Origin: Myxococcota bacterium
GTDB taxonomy: Bacteria > Myxococcota_A > UBA9160 > UBA4427
Reading direction: 5' to 3'
NCBI GenBank assembly: GCA_965250285.1
Contig: OZ252299.1
Coordinates: 3,552,001 to 3,616,000, forward strand
DNA: 64,000 nt
Shown here: in pieces, positions 28,706 through 38,400 of the stretch
Layout of the letters: every line of letters begins with the position of its first letter
Position numbering within the stretch: position 1 is the first letter of the stretch
The notes under the pieces: generated by a model
What the model saw: the letters and a program-made list of their open reading frames with translations, nothing else
Databases searched by the model: none
What the model was told of the DNA's origin: nothing
Translations under genes and position numbers: made by a program

Positions 28706-29908
28706 CTACTCCGCCGCCAGCGCCAGAATCACGGCCTCCGAAGGCGGCACGCGACCTTCGACGATGCGGCGATAGGCGGCCTGCGCGGCCTCTGGGGTCT
28801 CTGAGCGCGAGACCTTGATCCATCCCCCGTCGACCGCAGCATCGACGAACGCGGTGAGCGCGGCGTCGGAGCGCGCGTCCATCTCTTCTCGGCCCCACCG
28901 GGCGAGCAGATCCTGGATGACCGAGGGGGCGAAGAACATCTCGAGCTTCGGGCGTAGATTTCGGGCCGCCCACTTCTTGATGAAGGCCGGGCCCATCATC
29001 TCGGCGATCATCTTGAGAAAGCCCGACGGCCCGAAGGCCGTGAAGACCGAGCTCTCGGCGTCGGAATGCGTGCCGCCGACCGCGAACGCCTTCACGAACT
29101 TCGCCTGGCTGCGCTTGTAGATCTGGGCGTCGCCGGCGACGTCGACCAGCAGGTGGCGCAGGTGCTCGTCGCCCGGAAGCCCCGCGTCGTAGGTCACGAC
29201 ATCGTCGTAGAGCTCGGTCGACCGGACGAAGTCGGCGTTGGTCTCGGCGGTGTAGCCGACGATCTTCTCGAGCCTTCCCTCGTCGCGCTCCTTGCGCAGC
29301 AGCAGTGCGGTGGCGAGCGACAGCTTCGATGAAGCCGAGCTCAACACGACCGAATTCGCGCCGTAGAAGTCGTTCATGCGAAGCAGCTCGGCCATGATGA
29401 AGCCGCTGCCAGCGCCCGGTGCCGAGGCCATGGCCAGGTCGGCCTTCTGGCCGCTGCCGCGAATCGGCGAATGACCGTCGGGATCGACCGTGAGAAAGCC
29501 GTTGTAGGCCGGGTTGATCTTGTCGCGATCGCCCCCGTACGCCGTGAAGCCCTCGGGTGTTCGACGGGCCTTCATCTGCACGACGTTGGTCATATGCAGG
29601 AACCCGCGAAACCGGTCTCCCGCCGAGAACTCGGGGTTGCGCGACTCGGTGACGGTCGCGACGCCCCAGGCCGGCACATTGGCGAGGTGCTTGTTCGAGT
29701 CGCCGAGGGGATAGACGGCGAAGAATTTGAGAAACGGCGCTTCGCCCATCTGCGCGTAGAAGAGGTTGTTGGCCGAGAGCCCGATCTTGTCGACACGCAG
29801 GCGGATCTCGCTCTGCTCGAGCGGCGGCAGCTCGTCGCGAAGCACGACGGTCTCTTTGATGTCGTCGCGGACGCTCGCGATCATGATGCGCGGCGCAGTG
29901 TCTGTCAT
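28706..29908 (-). CDS. DUF2855 family protein
   Basis: KIGLSANNLFYA, VPAWG.ATVTES, VVLSSASSK, FFAP, G.VPP motifs; GAGGAG RBS. Confidence 0.85.
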   Translation of the reverse strand: MTDTAPRIMIASVRDDIKETVVLRDELPPLEQSEIRLRVDKIGLSANNLFYAQMGEAPFLKFFAVYPLGDSNKHLANVPAWGVATVTESRNPEFSAGDRFRGFLHMTNVVQMKARRTPEGFTAYGGDRDKINPAYNGFLTVDPDGHSPIRGSGQKADLAMASAPGAGSGFIMAELLRMNDFYGANSVVLSSASSKLSLATALLLRKERDEGRLEKIVGYTAETNADFVRSTELYDDVVTYDAGLPGDEHLRHLLVDVAGDAQIYKRSQAKFVKAFAVGGTHSDAESSVFTAFGPSGFLKMIAEMMGPAFIKKWAARNLRPKLEMFFAPSVIQDLLARWGREEMDARSDAALTAFVDAAVDGGWIKVSRSETPEAAQAAYRRIVEGRVPPSEAVILALAAE

Positions 29909-29955
29909 GGGCCTTCTCTCCTCGGTCGAGCGCGCTTCGAAGTCGCCGAAACGGC

Positions 29956-30327
29956 TCACGCAGGAACGAACTCGAACTCTTCGGCGAGCCACAGAGGTGA
30001 GCGCTCGAGATCGATGAAGCGACGCTCGTCTTCGAGCAGCGCCTTTGCGGCTTCAGCGCCGCCGGGGCGCGTCATGCCCTCGGCGATCGCGGCCTCGCTC
30101 TCGAACCAGATCTCGGCCACGCCGTCGTAGGGCTCGGGCCCGCCGCGCGATGCGCGGATGCCCTGACTCAGCTCGTCGTCGCGGGTATGCACCTGCACGT
30201 AGCGCCGAATGCCGAGCACTTCGGCGTGCTCGGCGACGAGGGGCGCGTGGCGCTCGCGCCAGTAGGTCTGGAACGCTTCAAGGCTGAGATCCGATCGACG
30301 ACGCAGCACGAAGACGAGCTTGATCAC
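29956..30327 (-). CDS. EthD domain protein
   Basis: IKLVFVLRRR.DLSLEAFQTYWRERHAPL, YDGVAEIWF, DERRFID; AAGGAG RBS. Confidence 0.92.
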   Translation of the reverse strand: MIKLVFVLRRRSDLSLEAFQTYWRERHAPLVAEHAEVLGIRRYVQVHTRDDELSQGIRASRGGPEPYDGVAEIWFESEAAIAEGMTRPGGAEAAKALLEDERRFIDLERSPLWLAEEFEFVPA

Positions 30328-30709
30328 GGTGCACTCCTTCTTCTTTGAGCGACGATCGCAGCGGCCGCGACGGCCCCCGAGACGATCCCCCCGGCAGGAT
30401 AGAGCCTCGCGGGATCGACGCGACGGGGCCTGTCGCAAGCGACTAGTGAGAGCGACCTCCTCAGGCTGACGCCGGCTCGCCGCCGACCGCCACGCCCTGC
30501 CCCGCTCCCATCCGAGTGACCTGCTCGCGAATTGCCGGCGCGCCCCCGGCGAGTCACCCCGGCCGCCCGACGACATCGAATCGACTAGAATCAGACACAC
30601 ACCGGGTCGATGTCGCGGGTTCACGTTTGCGCGATGGCGTCCCCCCACCGAGTCGCTCATCCGAACGACCGGTGAGCCCCCCGGCAACTCGCTCGACCCG
30701 AGCGCGCCC

Positions 30710-32053
30710 ATGCGGAGCGAAGTGCAGATGAACATGAACGCGACGGCGTACCCCGACCGGGTCATGCAGCAGCGCGACGCCAACCCCGTGATGTACGGCG
30801 AGGTCGACTTCTCGACCGTGCCCGAGCGCCTCGACGTCGAAGCTCGGGTCGATGACGCCCGCTTCGCCGAGATGCGCTCAGCGGTGCGCCGGGTGTTCGC
30901 AAAACCCGACCTGATCGAGACCGTGCGCGGCTACACGATGCTCGGCGACCGCGTGGTCGACGCCTATGCCGCGTTGATCCCCGAGTACGGGTTTCAGAAG
31001 CTCGGCGCGATGCTCGACACGGCCTGCGAGCAGGGCATCGAGGCCGTCGAAGACGCGCCGGCCGAGCTCATCGACTTCATCGCGGCCATGGAGAACACGC
31101 CGAGCTGGGTCGACCTCGAGCTCGTGAAGCAGGGGGCGCACGAAGAGCGCATCTCGATGGCCACGGCCGTGCCGCTGACGATCCGCGGCGCGTTCCTCGC
31201 GACCTTCCTCAACAAGTACGCGGCGCTCCCGATGACGATGACGGGCACGCTCTCGGATGAAGCCGCGGCGAAGCGCGTCTTCGAGACGGCCAGCTTCTTC
31301 ACCGCGACCACGCTGCCCGGGGCACTCGACCGATTCGGCAAGGGGTTTCACGCGGCTGCGAAGGTGCGCCTCATGCACTCGATGGTGCGCTTTCACCTGC
31401 TGCGATCGGGCAAGTGGGATGTCGACACCTACGGCATTCCGATCCCGCAGGTCGACCAGATGCCGGCGGGTCTGATCGGCGTGTTCCTGATGTCGGCGCG
31501 GCTGCTGCAAGAGGGCAAGACCGAGTTCACCGCCGCGCAGAAGGCCACCGTCGAGCTGTCTCGCTATCGCTGCTTCTTGCTCGGGTTGCCCGAGGATCTG
31601 CTCGGCGAGACACCGCAAGAGATCGTCGACCTGCTGATCGCCCGCCACGTCACGCTCCGCGAGGCCTACGACGACGAAACGTGCGGAGCATTGGTGCGCG
31701 GCACGCTGAAGGCCGATCTGTTCGACAGCGCGTCGGTCACCGGGCGCGTGCATACCTGGCTCGAAGACGGGCTGTCACGCCTCGTGCTGATCAAGAGCTT
31801 CCTCGGCGGCGACGCCGGTCGGGCCAATTCGATCGGCATCGACTTCGGGCTCGAGAAGAAGCTCGCCGCGACGGTGGGCATGGCCGCCGTGGTCACGCAC
31901 TCGCTGTACTACCGCGTGGGGCTCCAGGTACCGGGCCTATCGCAGCTCGTCGACGATCAGCTCAACGCCCGCCTCGCCGGCCTGCTCGAGCACTACGGCC
32001 ACGCCGACTTCGTCACCGACCCCGAGCGCTACAGGGTCAACGCGTCGGCGTAG
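30710..32053 (+). CDS. Oxygenase MpaB/DUF2236 (Lcp-related) family protein
   Basis: PSWVD, RVFET, KVRLMHSMVR (heme-ligand His position in Lcp), YGIPIPQVDQ, LLGLPEDL; start may be 30728 or 30734. Confidence 0.85.
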   Translation: MRSEVQMNMNATAYPDRVMQQRDANPVMYGEVDFSTVPERLDVEARVDDARFAEMRSAVRRVFAKPDLIETVRGYTMLGDRVVDAYAALIPEYGFQKLGAMLDTACEQGIEAVEDAPAELIDFIAAMENTPSWVDLELVKQGAHEERISMATAVPLTIRGAFLATFLNKYAALPMTMTGTLSDEAAAKRVFETASFFTATTLPGALDRFGKGFHAAAKVRLMHSMVRFHLLRSGKWDVDTYGIPIPQVDQMPAGLIGVFLMSARLLQEGKTEFTAAQKATVELSRYRCFLLGLPEDLLGETPQEIVDLLIARHVTLREAYDDETCGALVRGTLKADLFDSASVTGRVHTWLEDGLSRLVLIKSFLGGDAGRANSIGIDFGLEKKLAATVGMAAVVTHSLYYRVGLQVPGLSQLVDDQLNARLAGLLEHYGHADFVTDPERYRVNASA

Positions 32054-32168
32054 GTGTAGCCCGGCTCGCGCACCGCCTCGCCCCGAGATCGCGGCCTCAC
32101 GCGCCGGCCGCCACCCCGTAGACCGCCACGACGCCCCCTGCGATGACCAGCTCGACGACGAGCGCGCG

Positions 32169-32783
32169 TCAGCTTCCCAACAGCTGCGACATCGCTGCGC
32201 GACTCTCTTGTGCGGTCTCGAGCTGGAGCATCCGGTCGGCGTAGTCACCGAGCTGGCGCGTGTCGTCGAGCAGATCCGCTGAAGCGCGTTGGCCCAGAAC
32301 CCGCGCGTAATGGAGCGCGGGCAGCAGCGCGCAATCGGCGAGGCTCCAGGTGTCGCCCACCGCGAACGAGCCGACGCCCACGAAGTGATCGACGACCCTG
32401 ACAGCGGCACGCGCCCCATCGGCCGCCTCGCGCGTGGGCTCCGAGACCATCAGGGGTCGGAACGCCGGGAACAGCGTCGTATCGACGAGCTGGCAGATGA
32501 GCTCCATCCGACTTTGCGCGATCACATCCTCCGGAACGAGCGCTGGCCCGGGCAGAACTCGATCCAGGTAGCCGCAGATCACCTGCGATTCGGGCAGCGC
32601 CGTTCCGTCGTCGAGAACGAGGCACGGGATCTTGCCGCCCGGATGAATGCGGAGGTAGGCGTCGCTCTTCAGACCGCCCTCGGGCAACCCGACCAGCTCG
32701 ACTGCGTCGGGCTTGCCCTTGAGTGTCCATACGAGGTGCACGCGTTCGAAGTACGGCGAGAACCGAGCGCCGTAGAGCTTCAT
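32169..32783 (-). CDS. Glutathione S-transferase family protein
   Basis: SPYFERV, HPGGKIPCL, LPESQVICGYLD, SLADCAL. Confidence 0.93.
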   Translation of the reverse strand: MKLYGARFSPYFERVHLVWTLKGKPDAVELVGLPEGGLKSDAYLRIHPGGKIPCLVLDDGTALPESQVICGYLDRVLPGPALVPEDVIAQSRMELICQLVDTTLFPAFRPLMVSEPTREAADGARAAVRVVDHFVGVGSFAVGDTWSLADCALLPALHYARVLGQRASADLLDDTRQLGDYADRMLQLETAQESRAAMSQLLGS

Positions 32784-33565
32784 GCGGGGCTCTCCGAAGG
32801 CAGAACCTCGGCAGCCGCCCGTCGGGCAATCGCCGCGACGGGATACCCCGCGTAGTAGGCGAGGTGGAGCACCAGCTCTCGAATCTCGTCGGGACGCACG
32901 CCCGCGCTCAGCGCGCCCCGCATGTGAAAGCGAAGCTCTTGCTCACGGGCGAGCGCCGTGAGTGCGGCGACCGTGATGAGGGAGCGGTCTCGAATCGCGA
33001 GCCCCGGGCGCATCCAGATCTCGCCGAAGAGGTGCTCGAGCCCGGGCGACAAGAACCCGTCTTCTGAGGTCTCGGGGATCGCTTCGATGCCCCACAAGCG
33101 CTTTGCGAGCGCGCGAGCGCGCTCGTTGCGCTCTTCGGGCCCGGGGTTCTCGCCCGCGTTCTCGAGGTCAGGCACCCGGATCATCCCGATCTGCTCGAGC
33201 ACCGATGCCAGGTTCCAGTTGTCCTCCTTGCGCCGAATCTTGTCCCCGCGAAGCCAGAAACGCGAGCTCGACCTGACAGACCATCGAGCGCCCGATTCGG
33301 CGGCGCTGCCCGACATCGTGAGTTCGACCGAGGCCTGGTCTTCCTCGATGAGCATGCTGTGGGGCTCGAGCTTCAGATCGGGGGCCATCGCCGCGCTCGA
33401 GCGGACGAACGCTCGCAGTGCGTCGAGCCCCTCGCTCGTGCGGTCGAGGGCATGGTCATGAAAGACACAGTCATCCGTGAACACGGCGGCCACGGCATCC
33501 GGGTCGAGCGCGTTGAACGCTTCGTAATACCGATTCAAGATCGCTTCGACGTCGCTTCGCAGCAT
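32780..33565 (-). CDS. SnoaL/NTF2-like domain fused to a carboxymuconolactone decarboxylase (CMD) domain
   Basis: N-half YYEAFNALDPDAVAAVFTDDCVFHD...GDKI; C-half FGEIWMRPGLAIRDRSLITVAAL...FHMRGAL..G....EIRELVLHLAYYAGYP; ATGA overlap with GST. Confidence 0.88.
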   Translation of the reverse strand: MLRSDVEAILNRYYEAFNALDPDAVAAVFTDDCVFHDHALDRTSEGLDALRAFVRSSAAMAPDLKLEPHSMLIEEDQASVELTMSGSAAESGARWSVRSSSRFWLRGDKIRRKEDNWNLASVLEQIGMIRVPDLENAGENPGPEERNERARALAKRLWGIEAIPETSEDGFLSPGLEHLFGEIWMRPGLAIRDRSLITVAALTALAREQELRFHMRGALSAGVRPDEIRELVLHLAYYAGYPVAAIARRAAAEVLPSESPA

Positions 33566-33590
33566 GGCTCGGTTCTCCAACGGGGCGCGC

Positions 33591-33641
33591 ACTTGCTTAT
33601 CGATACTGACAGGCTAGAGAAGTCAGTCTCGATATGCAAGT
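33591..33641. promoter_or_regulatory. 20-bp inverted repeat (18/20) with 11-bp spacer; putative operator of the HxlR-type regulator
   Basis: ACTTGCTTATCGATACTGAC-N11-GTCAGTCTCGATATGCAAGT fills most of the divergent intergenic region. Confidence 0.75.
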
Positions 33642-33649
33642 ATTGGGCG

Positions 33650-34594
33650 ATGGGCGCCCAGAGAGTCGATCCGTTCGAAGCGGCGGTCGCCGAAGTGGGC
33701 GACGAATGGACGTTTCTGCTCACGCGTGAGGCGTTCTTCGGCGCGCGGCGCTTTGGCGACTTCCTCGAGCACACGTCGATCCCGCGGTCTCGATTGAGTG
33801 AGCGCCTGGCCCGCTTGGTCGCAGTCGGCGTGTTCGACCGGCTGAAGTATCAGTCGAACCCCGAGCGCTTCGAGTATCGGCTCACCGAGAAGGGGCTCGC
33901 GATCTATCCGGTCGCGCTTGCGCTGCTCGCCTGGGGTGATCGATGGCGGCCGACCGAGAACGGCGCCGGGCCTCTGCAGCTGACGCACCTGACCTGCGGC
34001 AAGCGGCTTCGTGTCGAGATGCGCTGCGGCGATTGCGGGCGACCGCTCGACGTCGACCACATCGATTGGCCGACGCCCGGTGCGCAGCCAACGAAGAACG
34101 CAACGAAGCGGCGCCGACGCATTCGATCCGTGGTCGCCGCAACGAGTCGCCCCGATTCGGTGGCGAGGGCCCTCGATTCGCTCGGCGGCCAGTGGACCAT
34201 GTTGGTCATGCACTGCGCGCTTCGGGGAACGAGTCGGTTCGTAGACTTCGAGCACGAGCTCGGGATCGCCACCAACGTGCTGTCCGACTGCCTGGCGCGC
34301 CTCGAGGCCGACGATGTGCTCACGCGCCGGGATCAGGCCCCGGGCTCTCCGGCCGGCTACGCGCTCACCGCTTCGGGTCGCGATGCGCTGGCGGCGGTGT
34401 TGACGGCCCGCCACTTCGGCAAGCGCTGGTGCGCCGGCACCGCGCGATCTACGCCGCGACATACGCTCTGCGGCGCCCGCACCGACGGCATCCTGGTCTG
34501 CCGAGCCTGCGGCGAAGAGGTCGTTGCGACCGAGGTCAGCTACCGACAGACCGAAGCGGCGAAAGCACTCACGGCGCCTCGCCCGGAGGGCTAG
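33650..34594 (+). CDS. Tandem (double) HxlR-type winged-helix regulator with Cys/His metal-binding motifs
   Basis: Two repeats: GDEWTFLLTREAFFGARRF...EYRLTEKG...HLTCG..CGDCG and GGQWTMLV...RFVDF...YALTASG...HTLCG..CRACG. Confidence 0.9.
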   Translation: MGAQRVDPFEAAVAEVGDEWTFLLTREAFFGARRFGDFLEHTSIPRSRLSERLARLVAVGVFDRLKYQSNPERFEYRLTEKGLAIYPVALALLAWGDRWRPTENGAGPLQLTHLTCGKRLRVEMRCGDCGRPLDVDHIDWPTPGAQPTKNATKRRRRIRSVVAATSRPDSVARALDSLGGQWTMLVMHCALRGTSRFVDFEHELGIATNVLSDCLARLEADDVLTRRDQAPGSPAGYALTASGRDALAAVLTARHFGKRWCAGTARSTPRHTLCGARTDGILVCRACGEEVVATEVSYRQTEAAKALTAPRPEG

Positions 34595-34607
34595 TCGTGT
34601 CAGCGCC

Positions 34608-36179
34608 CTACGGCTGCGCCCTCTCACGCGCAGCATCGACCCAGGTGGCCCGGTCTTCTTCGCCCCCGAACGAATCGGGATCGAGCAGCCCATCGACGAT
34701 GCTGAACTCGGCGGCCCCCGCCCGCGGCCAGGCGTCGAGGGCCCCGACCAGATCGGCAACCAGCTCCGGCCGATCAGCCGACTGGTCACTTTCTTCGAGC
34801 GGGTCTGCGTAGACGTCGTACAGCCTGGGCGGGTCGCCTTCGATGAGCTTCCAGGGCGGGCGATAGAGGGCTGCGCCTTCGAGCAGACCCGTGACGACGT
34901 AGTCGGGTGTCTCGCTGCCGGTCGGATCGCCCCGAAGCGCGGCCCACTGGCTTCGGCCGTCGAGGTCGTCGGGGATCGCGTCGGGCGCGCCGATCGCCTC
35001 GAGCAGGGTCGGCAAGACATCGGAGACCGTCATGAACCCATCGTGACGGCCGGCTTCGAGATGCCCGGGCCACAGGATCGCCGCCGGCACGCGGGTGCCG
35101 CCCTCGGCGACGCTGCCCTTCCCTCTCGACAGCGGGCGGTTGTCGCTGCCGCCGTCGAGCACGTTCGCCGCGAAGAACTCGAGCCCCGGGTGAAAGAGCG
35201 GCCGACCGAACCAATCGGTCAGCTGGCGCAGTACGATGCCCGGAAACGTGCCTTCGTAGACGCCCGAGTTGAGCCCGCCGTTGTCACTCGCGAACAGCAC
35301 GAGGGGGTCGTCGAGCATCCCCTCGGTTTCGAGTGCGGCGAGTAAGCGACCGATGGCGACATCGAGCTCGTGCACCATCGCTGCATGCAGCCGGCGCTGC
35401 CGATCTTCGATGTGCGCGTAGCGCTCGACGACACCCGCCGGCGCTTCGTTCGGCAGGTGGGGCGCGCTGAACGACGCGAAGAGAAAGGTGGGCCTCGACC
35501 GGTCACGCTCGGCCAGCAGTCGCACGGCCTCGTCGGCGAGCAAATGCGTCACGTAGCCCTCTTCGCGCAGGGTCGTGCCGTTTCGCTGCCAGTCGTAGCC
35601 GCCCCCGTGCACCCGATCCCAATAGCCGACGCCGCCCGAGAGAAAGCCATAGAACGACTCGAAGCCCCGCGCGTTCGGAAACAAGTCGGGCGTCGAGTGC
35701 CCGAGATGCCACTTGCCGACCATGAGGGGCTGATAGCCCTGGCGCGCCAGGTGCGTTGCGAGCGTGGTCTCGGCCACCGGGAGCCCGCCTTGCTGATTCT
35801 TCGAGATCGGCCGCTCGATGCCGAGACGCTGCGGCGACTTGCCGGTCATGAGCGCAGCGCGGGTCGGGCTGCACGAGGGCTGCGCGTAGAAGCGGTCGAG
35901 CTCGACGCCCTCTCGGGCGATGCGGTCGATCGATGGCGTGTCGATCTCGCTGCCGTGATACGACACGTCTCGCCAGCCGAGGTCGTCCGCGAGAATGAGC
36001 ACGACGTTCGGCCGAGCGGCCGGCTCGGGCCCGCTCGCCTCGGCGGCGCCCACGGGCGGCGCCAAGGCGAGCAGAGAGGCGAGCGCAGACGCCAAGACAA
36101 AGCCCGGCCCCCTCCCGACCCACGCATCTGCCGAGCCCTCCGTACGACGAAGCGAGGCCGCCGTGCCTCCCGTCGACAC
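34608..36179 (-). CDS. Arylsulfatase (Cys-type, secreted)
   Basis: PNVVLILADDLG, CSPTRAALMTG formylglycine motif, GKWHLG, APH, SDNGG, KG...EGG.RVP; signal-like hydrophobic stretch; start uncertain. Confidence 0.95.
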   Translation of the reverse strand: MSTGGTAASLRRTEGSADAWVGRGPGFVLASALASLLALAPPVGAAEASGPEPAARPNVVLILADDLGWRDVSYHGSEIDTPSIDRIAREGVELDRFYAQPSCSPTRAALMTGKSPQRLGIERPISKNQQGGLPVAETTLATHLARQGYQPLMVGKWHLGHSTPDLFPNARGFESFYGFLSGGVGYWDRVHGGGYDWQRNGTTLREEGYVTHLLADEAVRLLAERDRSRPTFLFASFSAPHLPNEAPAGVVERYAHIEDRQRRLHAAMVHELDVAIGRLLAALETEGMLDDPLVLFASDNGGLNSGVYEGTFPGIVLRQLTDWFGRPLFHPGLEFFAANVLDGGSDNRPLSRGKGSVAEGGTRVPAAILWPGHLEAGRHDGFMTVSDVLPTLLEAIGAPDAIPDDLDGRSQWAALRGDPTGSETPDYVVTGLLEGAALYRPPWKLIEGDPPRLYDVYADPLEESDQSADRPELVADLVGALDAWPRAGAAEFSIVDGLLDPDSFGGEEDRATWVDAARERAQP

Positions 36180-36187
36180 GACCGCGC

Positions 36188-36712
36188 CTACTCGGTTCGC
36201 CAGGGGATCCGCGCGCCCAGCCCGTGCAGCGGCTCGTCCGCATCGGGGTCGGCGTCTTCGACGTCGTGCACCGAGGGCGAGTGAAACGTCGAGTCGGGCG
36301 TGATGCGCACGACGACACGGTCTTCTTTCTCCATCACCTTGCGAATCACGGGGCGGGCTTCGTCGGGCACCGGGTTGCCGCTCATGATGGGGATGATGCG
36401 CGTGGCGACGTCGACGACGTGATCCATGTCGTTCGACAGACTCGCCTTGCCATCGACGACGAGATACTCGGGCGGCCATGAGAGGCCCGCCTGCTCGCCG
36501 GCGAGAATGCAGGCCGAGAGCTGGCCGAGTCGGTTCACCGCCTTCGCCTTCTGGCGGGCGGCCATCGTGAGAAAGACGATGTCGTCGCCATCCATCGCGT
36601 AGTGCACGATCGACATCGAGGGCGGGGCCGTCCTGCGTGCGTACGAGATGACGCACGTGTGGTTGCTGCGGACGAAGTCACGTCGGGTCTTGGCATCGTT
36701 CATCATGGCCAT
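36188..36712 (-). CDS. Pyridoxamine 5'-phosphate oxidase-like split beta-barrel protein
   Basis: RRDFVRSNHTCVISY...P.MSIVHY..DGDDIVF.T...RQKAK...YLVVDG.A...DRVVVRITP pattern; AAGGAG RBS. Confidence 0.8.
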   Translation of the reverse strand: MAMMNDAKTRRDFVRSNHTCVISYARRTAPPSMSIVHYAMDGDDIVFLTMAARQKAKAVNRLGQLSACILAGEQAGLSWPPEYLVVDGKASLSNDMDHVVDVATRIIPIMSGNPVPDEARPVIRKVMEKEDRVVVRITPDSTFHSPSVHDVEDADPDADEPLHGLGARIPWRTE

Positions 36713-36785
36713 TGAGGTTCTCCTTCGAATGGCCTCAGGATGCGGCGACCGGGTATGTTCAGCTATTTCGCCATGCGACTCCGAT

Positions 36786-36800
36786 ATACTTTCATGGCAT
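36786..36800. promoter_or_regulatory. Putative LysR box (ATAC-N7-GCAT) upstream of the PNPOx-like/sulfatase genes
   Basis: T-N11-A geometry; one mismatch from the ATGC-N7-GCAT box in front of the LysR gene. Confidence 0.55.
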
Positions 36801-36825
36801 AACCCTAGAGTGCCTCACACGCGCC

Positions 36826-37713
36826 TCAGCCGCCCACCGAGTCGAGCACGCTCGTGAGAAGCAGCTCGACGGCCGGCGGCAGCACCTCTTGCCGGTGGAT
36901 GAACCCCGCCGCGAGCTTGGGCAGCCCGCCGATTGCCAGCGAAGCCACCTGGCCGGCTTCGAGCTCGCTTCGCATCGCGCCGCGAGGCAGCGCCGTCAGA
37001 AAGTGCTCGCGCATCACGAGCGCCTTCAGCAGATCGAGCGAATCGGTCTCGACGCTGATGCGAGGTGAGTCGATGCCCCGCGACGCAGCGATCGCCCGAA
37101 ACATCTCGATGATCGAAGGCGGTCGGCTGATCAGCGCCCATCGCTCGTCGGCGAGCGCAGCGAGCTCGACCTTTCTCTTCTTGCGCAAGCGGTGCTCGGG
37201 GTGGCAGAGCACGAGCACGGGGTCTTCGACGAGCCCGTGCACCGTCAAGCCTTCGTGCGCCTCACCGGGCACGAGCAACGTAAACGCCCCATCGATCTCA
37301 CCGCTGCGGAGCGCGCGCACCAACGCATCATACGTACCCTCGATCACCGTGAACGTGATGCCCGAGCGTTCGGCCGAGAGCCGCTCGATCGCGCCCGGCA
37401 ACAGACTCGACAGCGCCGGCGCGATGCCGATGCGCGCGTGCCCCTGCACCCCGTCGCGCAGCGACTGCAGCTCGTCGAGCGCCTGCTGCCGATCTCGAAG
37501 CACGAGCCGCGCATGCCGCTCGAGCAGCGCGCCGTACACGGTGGTGGTCACGCCCTGACTGCTTCGCGTGAGCAGCTGGACGCCGAGCGCCTCTTCGAGC
37601 GCTCGAATGCGACGGCTGAGCCCCGGCTGCGCAACGCCCCGCTGCTCAGCAGCGCCGAGGATGCTTCCGTGCTCGACGACCGCGAGGAAGTCTTCGAGAT
37701 CGCGTATATCCAT
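36826..37713 (-). CDS. LysR family transcriptional regulator
   Basis: MDIRDLEDFLAVVEHGSILGAAEQRGVAQPGLSRRIRALEEALGVQLLTR HTH plus substrate-binding domain. Confidence 0.95.
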   Translation of the reverse strand: MDIRDLEDFLAVVEHGSILGAAEQRGVAQPGLSRRIRALEEALGVQLLTRSSQGVTTTVYGALLERHARLVLRDRQQALDELQSLRDGVQGHARIGIAPALSSLLPGAIERLSAERSGITFTVIEGTYDALVRALRSGEIDGAFTLLVPGEAHEGLTVHGLVEDPVLVLCHPEHRLRKKRKVELAALADERWALISRPPSIIEMFRAIAASRGIDSPRISVETDSLDLLKALVMREHFLTALPRGAMRSELEAGQVASLAIGGLPKLAAGFIHRQEVLPPAVELLLTSVLDSVGG

Positions 37714-37723
37714 GGATGAGAGT

Positions 37724-37738
37724 ATGCGAAAAATGCAT
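37724..37738. promoter_or_regulatory. LysR autoregulatory box ATGC-N7-GCAT
   Basis: ATGCGAAAAATGCAT with perfect 4-bp arms and T-N11-A, 10 bp upstream of the LysR start. Confidence 0.65.
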
Positions 37739-37896
37739 ATCCCGCGCTTGGGCACAGGTCCAATAGGGCATCGCCGCGAGCGCGAGGCCCGGGCCGAACC
37801 CCAGCATGATGCCCGGGGTGCTGGCGATCTGCCGTTCGAGAGGATGGCGCGGCACTTTTTTGAGCACTGATACGGAAGATCTCCTTGGGAGATTCA

Positions 37897-37958
37897 GATC
37901 ATATGATATGCTTTGGCTCAACCGCCCGGTCCGTCTAGCCGAGAAGGATCATATGATC
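37897..37958. promoter_or_regulatory. Two GATCATATGATC palindromes 50 bp apart; putative antitoxin operators
   Basis: GATCATATGATA at 37897-37908 (11/12) and perfect GATCATATGATC at 37947-37958; each contains TATGAT (-10-like). Confidence 0.7.
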
Positions 37959-38024
37959 TATTCGGGGAGGCAGTGTGGGAAGAGATGAACTCCGAGCAAC
38001 CACCATCACGATGGCGACTGAGCA

Positions 38025-38390
38025 ATGCGTGAACCACCCAACGACCATGATCTCGAGTGGGTCCGGGAGCAGATCATCATACGGGCGCGCGCCAGAAAGC
38101 GTCGCCGTCGAGGCTTCACGAGCGAGCGACCCACGCGATGGGCACCCCGCGCGGTTCTTACACCGACGTCACACACGTGCTTCAACGACGCCGATGCTTG
38201 GCGGTTCATTGCAGACCAGGCCGAAGCCGGTGCCGAGATTGGAATCGTGGCTCTCGAGAAACCACCGGACTGCATCGGCTACGTGATGCTCGTACCGGGC
38301 GGTGACGGCCGGCGCAAGATCTACATCAAGGTGGAGTTGGCTCCCGACGGTTCGATCATCGCTCGGAGCTTCCACTACAGCGATTACTAG
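38025..38390 (+). CDS. Putative MqsR-like (RelE-superfamily) toxin
   Basis: Small basic ORF directly upstream of an MqsA-like gene; C-terminal KIYIKVEL....IIARSFH resembles the MqsR-family YxK...ISFH ending. Confidence 0.65.
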   Translation: MREPPNDHDLEWVREQIIIRARARKRRRRGFTSERPTRWAPRAVLTPTSHTCFNDADAWRFIADQAEAGAEIGIVALEKPPDCIGYVMLVPGGDGRRKIYIKVELAPDGSIIARSFHYSDY

Positions 38391-38400
38391 AGGTTTGACG

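Noticed and set aside
37770..37850. Minus-strand peptide GIMLGFGPGLALAAM resembling a type III PKS/FabH C-terminus at the island edge
   Set aside because: Short match with no stop at the expected place; could be chance.
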